Made by a program: the position numbers and the translations under genes. From a bacterium (lineage in GTDB: Bacteria > Zhuqueibacterota > Zhuqueibacteria > Zhuqueibacterales > Zhuqueibacteraceae): a DNA stretch of 31,285 nt. Below the pieces are notes generated by a model that was given only the letters and a program-made list of their open reading frames with translations, did no database searches and had not been told where the DNA came from. Positions 1 to 8,682 of this stretch are shown piece by piece (the first letter of the stretch is position 1; every line of letters begins with the position of its first letter). The stretch lies in the NCBI GenBank assembly GCA_044869275.1, contig JBIOXB010000059.1:1-31285 (forward strand), written 5' to 3'.

Positions 1-122
1 TTAATGGCATGAACAAATTTACGCAAACCACAAGGGCCTTTTCAATTGCTATCAGCAAAAACCGCAAGAAAATTCAATAAAATCGCGGTCAAAACGCCAA
101 GTCAGAAAGTTGAGGTGCTGAT

Positions 123-341
123 ATGCACAATGCGAAACGAATCATCCCGGAGTTACAGCATCTGGAAGTTGGGTACTACTTCATGGACATGGGGATGCTC
201 TTCGGAATCAAGCAACGCTCCGACGCCACGCCGATCAAAAACCTATATCTCGCCGGCGCTTGGACACAGCCCGGGCATGGCTATGGCGGCGTGATGGGCA
301 GCGGTTTGCAGTGTTTTGGGGAGATCATGAAGTGCTGGTGA
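123..341 (+). pseudogene. C-terminal remnant of a phytoene desaturase-like FAD-dependent oxidoreductase, joined to unrelated sequence
   Basis: TPIKNLYLAGAWTQPGHGYGGVMGSG (from 228) is the typical C-terminal motif of CrtI-like oxidoreductases. The ORF is only 72 aa and has no N-terminal FAD-binding region. Confidence 0.6.
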
Positions 342-434
342 AGAAGGACGGCGAAGAGCAAGAGTAATGCTCGTTTCGCGTGGGAATTACACTTCGCACG
401 GCCATTCCCGCGCAAGTCGTAACTAAACACAGGC

Positions 435-503
435 AACCGTGAATGGGCGCGAATGCAGGCGAATCAAAAAAATATTAGCGTTTATTCGCGTTGCTTCGCG
501 GTT
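435..503. repeat. Imperfect palindromic element built of ~10-mer GCGAAT units
   Basis: aaccgtgaatgggcgcgaatgcaggcgaat ... attagcgtttattcgcgttgcttcgcggtt; a related half element lies at 1340-1379. Confidence 0.7.
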
Positions 504-539
504 GAACATGTTTGCTGAAAAAGCAAAGATTCCAATTTA

Positions 540-602
540 ACCACCAAGGCACAAAGACACGAAGTTCATCAGTTTTTCTTGGTGCCTTCGTGCCTTGGTG
601 GT
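540..602. repeat. Imperfect palindromic element built of 9-mer units
   Basis: accaccaaggcacaaagacacgaag ... cttggtgccttcgtgccttggtggt; the arms are near reverse complements. Confidence 0.75.
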
Positions 603-676
603 CTAAGAAATCTTTGCAGGTAGGATCGTTTTTCAGGATGAATACAAATAAGAGTAACAAAATCGGAGGAAGGTCC

Positions 677-1306
677 ATGAGAAGAGTCACAAAAATCATC
701 ATTGGCGTTGTTGCCGCCCTTGTCGTTCTTGTCATTGGGTGCGTGGTCCTGTGCATGTATTACATGATGTCGGGTCCGGATTTGTCGAAATACGAGTCTC
801 TCAAGGAACCGAGGATTTCGAGCGTACAGAATCAGAAGATGCTGGTGGTCGAGGCCAAGGGTGATCCAAACGTTGTCGGCCCGAAGGCGTTTGGCTTGCT
901 GTTCAGAATGTATTTCAAAACGAAGGGTACACCCAAAAGCCTAAAGCAGCCCGCGCCGCGAGCACGCTGGCCGGTCGCTTGGGACGCGCCCAAAACGGAG
1001 TGGGTGGGTTTATATGCCATGCCCGTCCCTGAAACCGCAACTGAGCTTCCGCAGTATGAAGCAGCGCCGGAGTTCAAGGTCTCGTTGACCACTTGGGAAT
1101 ATGGCGAGGTGGCGGAGATTCTCCACCTCGGGCCTTATGACAAGGAGCAACCCACCGTCGAGCGGCTGATGGAATACCTCAAAGCGCAAGGCTATGAGAT
1201 TGCCGGCGCACATGAAGAGGAATACCTGAAAGGCCCGACGATGTTTTCCAAAGGCGATCCGGGGAAGTACGTTACGATCATTCGCTATCGTGTGAAAAAA
1301 AACTGA
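677..1306 (+). CDS. GyrI-like small-molecule-binding protein with N-terminal membrane anchor
   Basis: GGAGG RBS before ATG 677; hydrophobic N-terminus; GyrI-like motifs VAEILHLGPYDKEQPT and HEEEYLKGP. Confidence 0.85.
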   Translation: MRRVTKIIIGVVAALVVLVIGCVVLCMYYMMSGPDLSKYESLKEPRISSVQNQKMLVVEAKGDPNVVGPKAFGLLFRMYFKTKGTPKSLKQPAPRARWPVAWDAPKTEWVGLYAMPVPETATELPQYEAAPEFKVSLTTWEYGEVAEILHLGPYDKEQPTVERLMEYLKAQGYEIAGAHEEEYLKGPTMFSKGDPGKYVTIIRYRVKKN

Positions 1307-1339
1307 ACAATCGCAAACGTGAAGGATCGGAGGCATCAG

Positions 1340-1379
1340 CGCGAATAGAATTAGCGTACATTCGCGTGAATTAGCGGTT
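1340..1379. repeat. Partial copy of the 435-503 palindromic element
   Basis: attagcgtacattcgcgtgaattagcggtt resembles the right arm at 474-503. Confidence 0.6.
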
Positions 1380-1435
1380 CATTAATCAACTCCACGGTCG
1401 TGATAGTTTTTCCGGAGTACTACAGAGGCCAACCC

Positions 1436-1713
1436 ATGCAAATCATCGATCTCACGAATGAACACAAGCCGCTCTATTTTGTCTGCCTCGAAGACTGGTC
1501 GGAAGAAGTGAAAGAGGCTGGCAACCACAAAGAAGCCTGGTACAACCACATGCGAGGCAAGGGCCTCCGTGTGAAGCTCGCGCTGGATGATGAGGGCAAT
1601 GTTGGTGGCATGATTCAATATGTTCCCATCGAGCATGCTTGCGCACCACCTCGGAGTTTGGCGAAAAGGTGGTATTTCGCGCGATCGATACCTTGCCGCG
1701 CGAGACCTTGGTC
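1436..1713 (+). pseudogene. Internally deleted GNAT (YoaP-like) acetyltransferase
   Basis: N-terminus MQIIDLT..YFVCLEDWSEE..GLRVKLA..GMIQYVPIEH stops resembling the family after about 68 aa. A C-terminal-like segment EFGEKVVFRAIDT follows immediately in another frame. Confidence 0.65.
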
Positions 1714-1939
1714 ATGCGTCGTTTAACCTTTCTAATAATAGCGATGCTTTCAGCTCTTATCACCTCTCGCACCTTCACTCAATCAAGATGGAGTTTTCTA
1801 AATCCGAAGCCAAACCGATCTGCGGATAATGTGATATAGTCAAGTTAAGAGTCTATTGAAAAAGATGAGCGCGGACTCTCTTGTCCGCGACGCGCTCGTG
1901 GACTTGAAAGTCCGAACTCCCTCGAAGGGAGGAGAACAC

Positions 1940-2311
1940 ATGGCCGAGATAATCGCCTACTGCGGCTTAGCCTGCCACACGTGCCCGATCTATCTGGCAA
2001 CGAGGCAGGAGAACAAAGCAGAGCAAAGGAGAATGCGAGCTGAAATTGCGCTACTGTTAAAAGATGAATATGGGATGAAGTATGAGCCGGAAGACATTAC
2101 CGATTGTGATGGTTGTCGGACAGACGGTGACAGATTATTTTCAGGATGCAAGGGCTGCCTTATGCGGAAGTGTGCAAGAGAAAAGAGACTCGAGAGTTGT
2201 GCCTATTGCACCGACTATGCCTGCGAGCGGCTTGTGGCGTTCTTCAGTTCGGAGTCAACTGCTAAGATACGCCTGGACGAGATAAGTCGCAGCATTCTCT
2301 TTCAAAAGTGA
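1940..2311 (+). CDS. DUF3795 Cys-rich (metal/Fe-S binding) protein
   Basis: GGAGG RBS; IAYCGLACHTCP, CDGC, CxxRxCA, SCAYCTDYAC pattern. Confidence 0.85.
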   Translation: MAEIIAYCGLACHTCPIYLATRQENKAEQRRMRAEIALLLKDEYGMKYEPEDITDCDGCRTDGDRLFSGCKGCLMRKCAREKRLESCAYCTDYACERLVAFFSSESTAKIRLDEISRSILFQK

Positions 2312-2330
2312 GACAAAAAAGAGTAGCTCA

Positions 2331-3911
2331 ATGATATCGCACACGAAAAACCTCACAAGAATTTTCATTTTCCTTGCTCAGGCAACGATGCTGTTGAATT
2401 GCACCGGAAATGAGATTAAATATCCTTCTGCGCCATCAAATGCAAAAGCCGGCGGCTTAATTTTGAAAAGCGGCACATTCAAAACGAAATCCGCAAGTTA
2501 CCAAGCTGATTTCGGCGCGCTTGTCGTTCCTGAGAACCGTGAAAAAGCAGATTCTCGTTTGATTGAGCTTCCGGTAATTAGAATACATGCTGTCAACAAA
2601 AACCCGACTGAGCCAATTTTTCGGCTTGAAGGAGGACCGGGAATTTCCAATGTGAAGATTAATCCACTCGCTTACTTGCTCGACAATCATGATTTCGTCG
2701 GTATCGGATATCGAGGTGTCGATGGCTCGTCTGTGTTGGATTGTCCCGAGATCGAAAAAGCATTCCAGGGAAAAGGCCATGATATTTTAGGTAAGGAATC
2801 TTTAATGAAGATAGGTGAAGCATGGACAGACTGTGCTTCCAGATTAAAGCACAGCGGCGTTGATATTGATGGCTACAATATAATGGAAGTGATTGAAGAC
2901 ATGGAAGCAACGCGTCTTGCTTTGGGATATGAGCGAATCAATCTGTTGAGCATGAGTTACGGCACACGTGTGGCCTATTTGTACGGTTTGAAACATCCCA
3001 ATAGCATTCACCGGTCGATTATGATTGGAGTCAATCCACCTGGCCATACGGTTTGGGAGCCAAAAACAATCGAGGCGCAACTGAAGTACTATGCTGGTTT
3101 ATGGGCAATTGATTCCAAAGTGTCCAGCCGTAGCTCTGATCTCGTGGCCACGATGCGTCATGTTCTTCATAGCATGCCGTGCAAGTGGCTTTTCTTTAAG
3201 ATCGATCCCGGCAAGGTCAGGATTGTCACTTTCACGCTTCTCTTCCATCGCCAGACGGCTCCTCTGGTTTCTGACGCATACATTGCCGCTGAACATGGCG
3301 ACCCTAGCGGTCTTGCGCTCATGTCACTGGCATACAATCATATTTTGCCTTCTTTAATGACTTGGGGTGAAATGGCCTCAAAAGCAGTGAGCGCAGATTT
3401 TGATTCATCTCGTGATTATTTTACTGAAATGGATCCGCCTGCTTCAATAATAGGCTCACCCATGGGAAAATTACTATGGGGGCCGTTCCGTTTTGGAGAT
3501 TGGCCGATAAAGCCTATTCCTGAAGAATATCGAAAACTACAGCGCTCTGATATTGAAACTTTGCTCATCAGCGGCAGCGTCGATTTTTCTACTCCGGTAG
3601 AATTCGCTACAAATGAGCTGTTGCCTTATCTTAGCAAGGGAAGACAAATAATTTTGTCTGAAATGGGACACGTTGATGATGTCTTTGCCATTCGACCGGA
3701 AGCAACCAAGCGGCTGTTGACAAGTTTCTACGAGACAGGCGTTGCCGAAGACTCACTCTGCGAGTATGTTCCCATGGACTTCAATGTGAAATGGGGATTC
3801 CCCAAAATCGCGAAAATGGGGCTGGGTGTTGTGGTTGGTGTAACAGTGATTATCGTTGGCAGTTTGGTGTGGCTTATTAAGTCCATAGAGGGCTCAAACA
3901 AAGTGATCTAG
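2331..3911 (+). CDS. Exported alpha/beta hydrolase (TAP-like peptidase) with C-terminal membrane helix
   Basis: VPENR, LEGGPG, YRGVDGS, nucleophile elbow SMSYG, GSVD and MGH triad residues; hydrophobic C-terminus. Confidence 0.85.
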   Translation: MISHTKNLTRIFIFLAQATMLLNCTGNEIKYPSAPSNAKAGGLILKSGTFKTKSASYQADFGALVVPENREKADSRLIELPVIRIHAVNKNPTEPIFRLEGGPGISNVKINPLAYLLDNHDFVGIGYRGVDGSSVLDCPEIEKAFQGKGHDILGKESLMKIGEAWTDCASRLKHSGVDIDGYNIMEVIEDMEATRLALGYERINLLSMSYGTRVAYLYGLKHPNSIHRSIMIGVNPPGHTVWEPKTIEAQLKYYAGLWAIDSKVSSRSSDLVATMRHVLHSMPCKWLFFKIDPGKVRIVTFTLLFHRQTAPLVSDAYIAAEHGDPSGLALMSLAYNHILPSLMTWGEMASKAVSADFDSSRDYFTEMDPPASIIGSPMGKLLWGPFRFGDWPIKPIPEEYRKLQRSDIETLLISGSVDFSTPVEFATNELLPYLSKGRQIILSEMGHVDDVFAIRPEATKRLLTSFYETGVAEDSLCEYVPMDFNVKWGFPKIAKMGLGVVVGVTVIIVGSLVWLIKSIEGSNKVI

Positions 3912-3981
3912 AGAATGAAAAATCCCAATGCCGAAGGCAAGTATGCAAGGGTTTCTGGGTGGGTTGAAAGGAGACTGAAAA

Positions 3982-4587
3982 ATGCAGGTGAACAAATGCG
4001 TGGGCTGCACCAAGTTTCCATGTGCTGATGTCAAGCACGAGTGTTATGTCATCCCAAACATAGAGGTGAAACCGCGCGAGGTTTCCATCATCATGATCTC
4101 GGAGGCTGCGCCGGCGAATCCTGGGGATTACTACTATGCCAAAGGTGATGCCCTCTTTCAGCAAACCACGGTGCAAGCATTCAACGATGCCGGCGCCGAG
4201 GTCAGAAACATGCGGGATATCCTTGCTCTGGGTGTGTATCTCACCACCGCCGTAAAATGCGGCAAATCAGGCTATGGCCTCAAAGCCAGCACCATTGAAG
4301 AATGCTCACTCATTTTGGAGAAAGAACTGGCGCTGTTTCCAAATGTGGAAGTGCTCATGCTCATGGGCGACGTGGCGATAAAGGCCATTAACTACATCGC
4401 CAAGCGGGGCGGTGAAGGCAGAGTGATTCCGGCCGGTTCCACGTACAAGATTCGCGGTCAGAAATACTACTTTCGAGGAAAGAGAGCTTTCCCGTCCTAT
4501 CTGCAAGCCGGTCCGAGCTTCTTTATCGAGAAGAGCAAGCGCAGAATGATCGCGGAAGACATTGCTGCCGCGCTTAGTCTCGTGTAA
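3982..4587 (+). CDS. Uracil-DNA glycosylase superfamily protein
   Basis: IIMISEAAP (motif A-like), YLTTAVKC, IEEC..LEKEL, LMGDVA; N-terminal Cys cluster. Confidence 0.75.
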   Translation: MQVNKCVGCTKFPCADVKHECYVIPNIEVKPREVSIIMISEAAPANPGDYYYAKGDALFQQTTVQAFNDAGAEVRNMRDILALGVYLTTAVKCGKSGYGLKASTIEECSLILEKELALFPNVEVLMLMGDVAIKAINYIAKRGGEGRVIPAGSTYKIRGQKYYFRGKRAFPSYLQAGPSFFIEKSKRRMIAEDIAAALSLV

Positions 4588-4628
4588 AGGAGAGCGGTTG
4601 TTTACAAATTTATTTAAGGAGAATCACC

Positions 4629-4919
4629 ATGGATCTACTCGTTCGTGTCAAAGAGATCAAAGGGCACTGCCCCGTCCACAAAATTGGGGACAGTTTTAAA
4701 CTTGAGTCCGGGTATCGGCTCCTGACCGACGTTCCTATTTGTATGCATGCCCTGGCTTCGTTGCTGCCGCATTACAATGCGCTGCGCGTTGCTGAACCCT
4801 CGCAATGGGGCGCCGCCGGCAAAGATGATGCGTCAAAAGCATATTTCCAATGTTTGGACCCATTCGAATACACCGGCAATGGCACGGTGGTCTTTGAGGT
4901 GGAGAGAGTGGGCAAGTAA
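4629..4919 (+). CDS. TIGR04076 family protein
   Basis: AAGGAG RBS; VKEIKGHCPVHKIGDSF, ICMHAL, QCLDP..GTVVFEV pattern. Confidence 0.8.
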   Translation: MDLLVRVKEIKGHCPVHKIGDSFKLESGYRLLTDVPICMHALASLLPHYNALRVAEPSQWGAAGKDDASKAYFQCLDPFEYTGNGTVVFEVERVGK

Positions 4920-5104
4920 GCTGGGAGCGTACATGGGAAGCCATCATGCGCGGCAGGGGCATGGGCGCTGATGGCGTGTTTGCAAAAGAGCTCAAAAAAG
5001 GCGTGCGACCAGCACGGGCATGAAAAGGATCAGCTTGGTATTTGGATAGCGAATTCAGATGGAAGCGATCCCATACCTCGCTCCTATTGAAAAAGGAAGC
5101 TATC

Positions 5105-5827
5105 ATGGATTTCGTCAACGTATATGAAGATGCCCAACGTGCCGAAGCTTATGCCAAACTGGAATTTCCGGGCACATATTATCTAGCCTATCGGGATCTG
5201 CCAGAAATAATATTTGCACATGTCAATGGGAGAAAAGCGATAGATTTCGGGTGTGGCGCCGGACGTTCTACGAGATTTTTGAAGAAAATCGGATTTGAGG
5301 CGATTGGGGTTGATATATCCGAAGACATGCTCAAGCAAGCGCGCGCAAGAGATCCGCAAGGGGATTATCGTCTGATTGAAGAGAGTGGCATTCATCAGCT
5401 TCGGGCTCGCGTTTACGATTTGGTATTGTCGGTCTTTACATTCGATAATATACCCACCATGGAAAAGAAGGTAACGCTATTTGGAAACTTGGGGCGACTA
5501 TTGAAGGACGGAGGAAAGCTGGTGAGCGTGGTTTCATCGCCTGAAATATATCTTTATGAATGGGCCTCATTTACCACCAAAAATTTTCCGGAAAACAAAT
5601 ATGCCGAAAGCGGCGACAAGGTCAGAATCATCATGACGGACGTGGAGGATCAACGGCCAGTCGAGGATGTTCTTTGGTCCGACGAGGCATATCAAGAAGT
5701 CTATACGCGCGCCGGATTGGAGTTAGTTCAGACGTACAAACCATTGGGCACAGAGCGTGAGCCGTATAAGTGGGTGAACGAAGCACGGATTGCGCCTTGG
5801 GTGATCTATGTGCTCAAGAAGCCATGA
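5105..5827 (+). CDS. Class I SAM-dependent methyltransferase
   Basis: AIDFGCGAGRS motif I, GVDISEDML, LLKDGGKL; AAGGA RBS before ATG 5105. Confidence 0.9.
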   Translation: MDFVNVYEDAQRAEAYAKLEFPGTYYLAYRDLPEIIFAHVNGRKAIDFGCGAGRSTRFLKKIGFEAIGVDISEDMLKQARARDPQGDYRLIEESGIHQLRARVYDLVLSVFTFDNIPTMEKKVTLFGNLGRLLKDGGKLVSVVSSPEIYLYEWASFTTKNFPENKYAESGDKVRIIMTDVEDQRPVEDVLWSDEAYQEVYTRAGLELVQTYKPLGTEREPYKWVNEARIAPWVIYVLKKP

Positions 5828-5849
5828 AAATACACCTCTTGAAAATTCC

Positions 5850-7250
5850 ATGCACAACGATCTCAACCAACGCCCGGCTCTCGTTGTTGCCTCCGTGGCG
5901 TCATTTCTAACGCCCTTTATGGGATCCTCGGTGAATATCGCGCTCCCTGCCATTGGACGTGAGTTTGCCATGGATGCCGTGCTTTTGAGTTGGGTCCCCA
6001 CTTCGTTTTTGTTGGCTGCCGCCATGTTTCTCGTACCATTTGGCCGCCTCGCGGACATTTACGGGAGAAAAAGAATATTTAGTTATGGTATTGTGATTTA
6101 CACTGCCGCCTCGCTGCTGGCAGCCCTTGCGGCGTCAAGCGTGGAGTTGATTGGCGCGCGAATTTTACAGGGGGCCGGAGGCGCCATGATCTTCGGCACC
6201 GGCGTCGCCATTCTCACCTCCGTCTACCCTCAGGGAGAAAGAGGCAAGGCGCTCGGCATCAATGTCGCGGCGGTTTATTTGGGATTGTCCCTCGGCCCTT
6301 TCTTCGGCGGCTTCCTGACGCAGCATTGGGGTTGGAGGAGCATCTTTCTCGCCAACTTGCCGGTGGGTGTGCTTCTGATTGCTCTCACGCTCTGGAAACT
6401 CAGGGGCGAATGGACCGAGGCCAAAGGAGAAAAATTTGATCTCATCGGTGCGATCATTTACGCCTTTGCTCTCATCGCCGTCATGCTGGGCTTTTCGCTA
6501 TTGCCCTCCCTGTTGGGGCTCTGCGCGCTTGGCAGCGGTGTTTTGGGGATTCTGGCTTTCATCAAGTGGGAGACGAAAACACCAAGCCCCGTGCTGAGCA
6601 TGCATCTATTCAACAACCCCGTTTTCACATTTTCCAATCTCGCGGCGTTGATCCACTACAGTGCGACATTTGCACTGACTTTTCTCTTGAGCCTCTACCT
6701 GCAATACCTCAAAGGGCTGTCCCCGCAAACGGCCGGCTTCATTCTGGTGTCACAGCCAGTGGTGATGACGATTTTCTCCCCGTTCGCCGGAAAACTTTCC
6801 GACAGAACTGAGCCGCGCATCGTCGCCTCTGTTGGGATGGCGCTCTCCGCCGCTGGTCTCTTTCTTTTTACTTTTTTGGACGAACACATGGCATGGTCGT
6901 CGATTGTTGCCGGGTTGATGCTGCTCGGCTTGGGCTTTGCCCTTTTTTCTTCTCCCAATACCAACGCGGTGATGAGCGCGGTGGAAAAGAGATTTTATGG
7001 CGTCGCCTCCGGCACCCTGGGCACCATGCGGCTCACCGGACAAATGCTCAGTATGGGCATTGCCACCTTGATCTTTGCCCTTTATCTGGGGAGAGTTCAG
7101 ATCGCGGAGGCAAATTATCCGCTCTTCATGAAGAGTATCAGGTCCGCATTCACCGTATTCGCCTTGCTTTGTCTCGGCGGTACGTTCGCCTCGTTAGCGC
7201 GAGGGCGGGTGAGGCGAGACGAAATAAAAACAGCCACGAACACAGCTTGA
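5850..7250 (+). CDS. MFS transporter, DHA2/EmrB-like
   Basis: VNIALPAI, GRLADIYGRKR motif A, ERGKALG, WRSIF; about 14 hydrophobic segments. Confidence 0.92.
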   Translation: MHNDLNQRPALVVASVASFLTPFMGSSVNIALPAIGREFAMDAVLLSWVPTSFLLAAAMFLVPFGRLADIYGRKRIFSYGIVIYTAASLLAALAASSVELIGARILQGAGGAMIFGTGVAILTSVYPQGERGKALGINVAAVYLGLSLGPFFGGFLTQHWGWRSIFLANLPVGVLLIALTLWKLRGEWTEAKGEKFDLIGAIIYAFALIAVMLGFSLLPSLLGLCALGSGVLGILAFIKWETKTPSPVLSMHLFNNPVFTFSNLAALIHYSATFALTFLLSLYLQYLKGLSPQTAGFILVSQPVVMTIFSPFAGKLSDRTEPRIVASVGMALSAAGLFLFTFLDEHMAWSSIVAGLMLLGLGFALFSSPNTNAVMSAVEKRFYGVASGTLGTMRLTGQMLSMGIATLIFALYLGRVQIAEANYPLFMKSIRSAFTVFALLCLGGTFASLARGRVRRDEIKTATNTA

Positions 7251-7294
7251 TTAAAACAGAAGCACCAATTATGAGGCGGAGCACAAAGAGTCAC

Positions 7295-7419
7295 ATGACC
7301 TCAAGAGAATTAGTCAAAGCCACATTGGAATTTGCCTTGCCGCAGAGAATCCCGCGGCAACTCTGGTTTTCGCCCTGGAGAATATTCTTTTGGTGTTTGA
7401 AGCCTGGAGCAAAATTTGA
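7295..7419 (+). pseudogene. Collapsed remnant of a uroporphyrinogen decarboxylase/MtaA-CmuA-family gene
   Basis: N-terminus MTSRELVKATLEFALPQRIPRQLW joined out of frame to a C-terminus-like LENILLVFEAWSKI*. Confidence 0.55.
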
Positions 7420-7521
7420 ATGCTGCAATTCTTCACCTGTTATTGGGAAAAAATCTCCCGAAAATCGTCATGGTAAGCCGTGCGCACAAAGATTCGTGAA
7501 TGCAAGATGAAAGGAAAAATC

Positions 7522-8655
7522 ATGAATGTCGGAATACCCAAAGAAACAGCCCTGGAAGAGCGCCGCGTGGCGCTAACGCCGGTCGGCGTCTATGCCCTGG
7601 TCAACGAAGGACATGCGGTGCACGTCGAACAAGGTGCCGGAAAGGCCAGCGGCTTTTCCGACCAGGAATTTCAAAAAGTGGGCGCGCAGATCGTTTTCTC
7701 CGGCGACGAGGTTTTTCACCGCTCCCATCTCGTGGTCAAGGTGCAACCACCCACGGAGGAGGAATGCAAATATTTTGAGCCTGGGAAAATCGTATTCTCA
7801 TTGCTGGGGCTGGGCATTGCGCGCAAGACCATCATCAGAAAGCTGCTGGAAACGGGCGTCATCGCGGTCGGATATGAATTCATCGAGCAACCCGACGGCA
7901 ACCTGCCGATCTTGACGGCCATGAGCGAGATTGCCGGAAATCTGCTGCCACAAATTGCCGGCCGACTATTGGAAAGTGAATGTGGTGGTCGCGGCATCAC
8001 GCTGGCCGGTGTTTCCGGAGTTACTCCAGCAAGCGTGGTCATTCTTGGCGCGGGCGTAGTTGGCTTCAGTGCTGCCCGTGCTTTTTCCGCTCTCGGAGCT
8101 CAGGTACTTGTCCTGGACAAAAACCTCAATAGTTTGCGAAATCTGGATCGGTTTCTCGATAAGCGTGTGTCGACTTCGGTTATTACGCCGCTGCTGGTAG
8201 AAAGATGGTCGCGCCTTGCTGATGTCTTGATCGGGGCAGTGCTCATCCATGGCCAAAAGCCGCCCAACTTGGTAACGGAAGATATGGTGAGAAAAATGAA
8301 GGAGGGCGCCGTGATTATCGACGTTTCCATCGACCAGGGAGGTTGCGTTGCCACGAGCCATCCCACGACCTTGTCATCGCCGACTTTCGTGCAGCATGGC
8401 GTCACGCACTATTGTGTGCCCAATATTCCGGCAGCGGTGGCGAGAACGGCTTCTCACGCGCTGAATAATTCCGTCTCGCCGTGGGTGCTTGAAGTCGCCA
8501 ACGAAGGACTGGAAAAGACCTTGCATAGTATTTCCGCCCTGCGCAAAGGGGTTTATGCCTTCAATGGAAAGTGCACGCAGCAGGCCGTATCAAAATTGAT
8601 TGATTCTGCGTATCTGGATATCGAACCGCTGCTTGCTCTCAAAGATCGCCGGTAA
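7522..8655 (+). CDS. ald: Alanine dehydrogenase-family protein (AlaDH/PNT fold) with divergent active site
   Basis: VGIPKE..ERRVALTP, MSEIAG, ILGAGVVG Rossmann motif, IDVSIDQGGC, HYCVPNIP; AAGGA RBS. Confidence 0.8.
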   Translation: MNVGIPKETALEERRVALTPVGVYALVNEGHAVHVEQGAGKASGFSDQEFQKVGAQIVFSGDEVFHRSHLVVKVQPPTEEECKYFEPGKIVFSLLGLGIARKTIIRKLLETGVIAVGYEFIEQPDGNLPILTAMSEIAGNLLPQIAGRLLESECGGRGITLAGVSGVTPASVVILGAGVVGFSAARAFSALGAQVLVLDKNLNSLRNLDRFLDKRVSTSVITPLLVERWSRLADVLIGAVLIHGQKPPNLVTEDMVRKMKEGAVIIDVSIDQGGCVATSHPTTLSSPTFVQHGVTHYCVPNIPAAVARTASHALNNSVSPWVLEVANEGLEKTLHSISALRKGVYAFNGKCTQQAVSKLIDSAYLDIEPLLALKDRR

Positions 8656-8682
8656 CCCGAGCCGAAAGGAGATGAGTTCAAG

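Noticed and set aside
512..676. N-terminal extension of the GyrI-like ORF
   Set aside because: Reads through a palindromic repeat; a strong RBS precedes ATG 677.
4922..5023. Short open frame WERTWEAIMRGRGMG... as another gene remnant
   Set aside because: No family recognised; too short to support.
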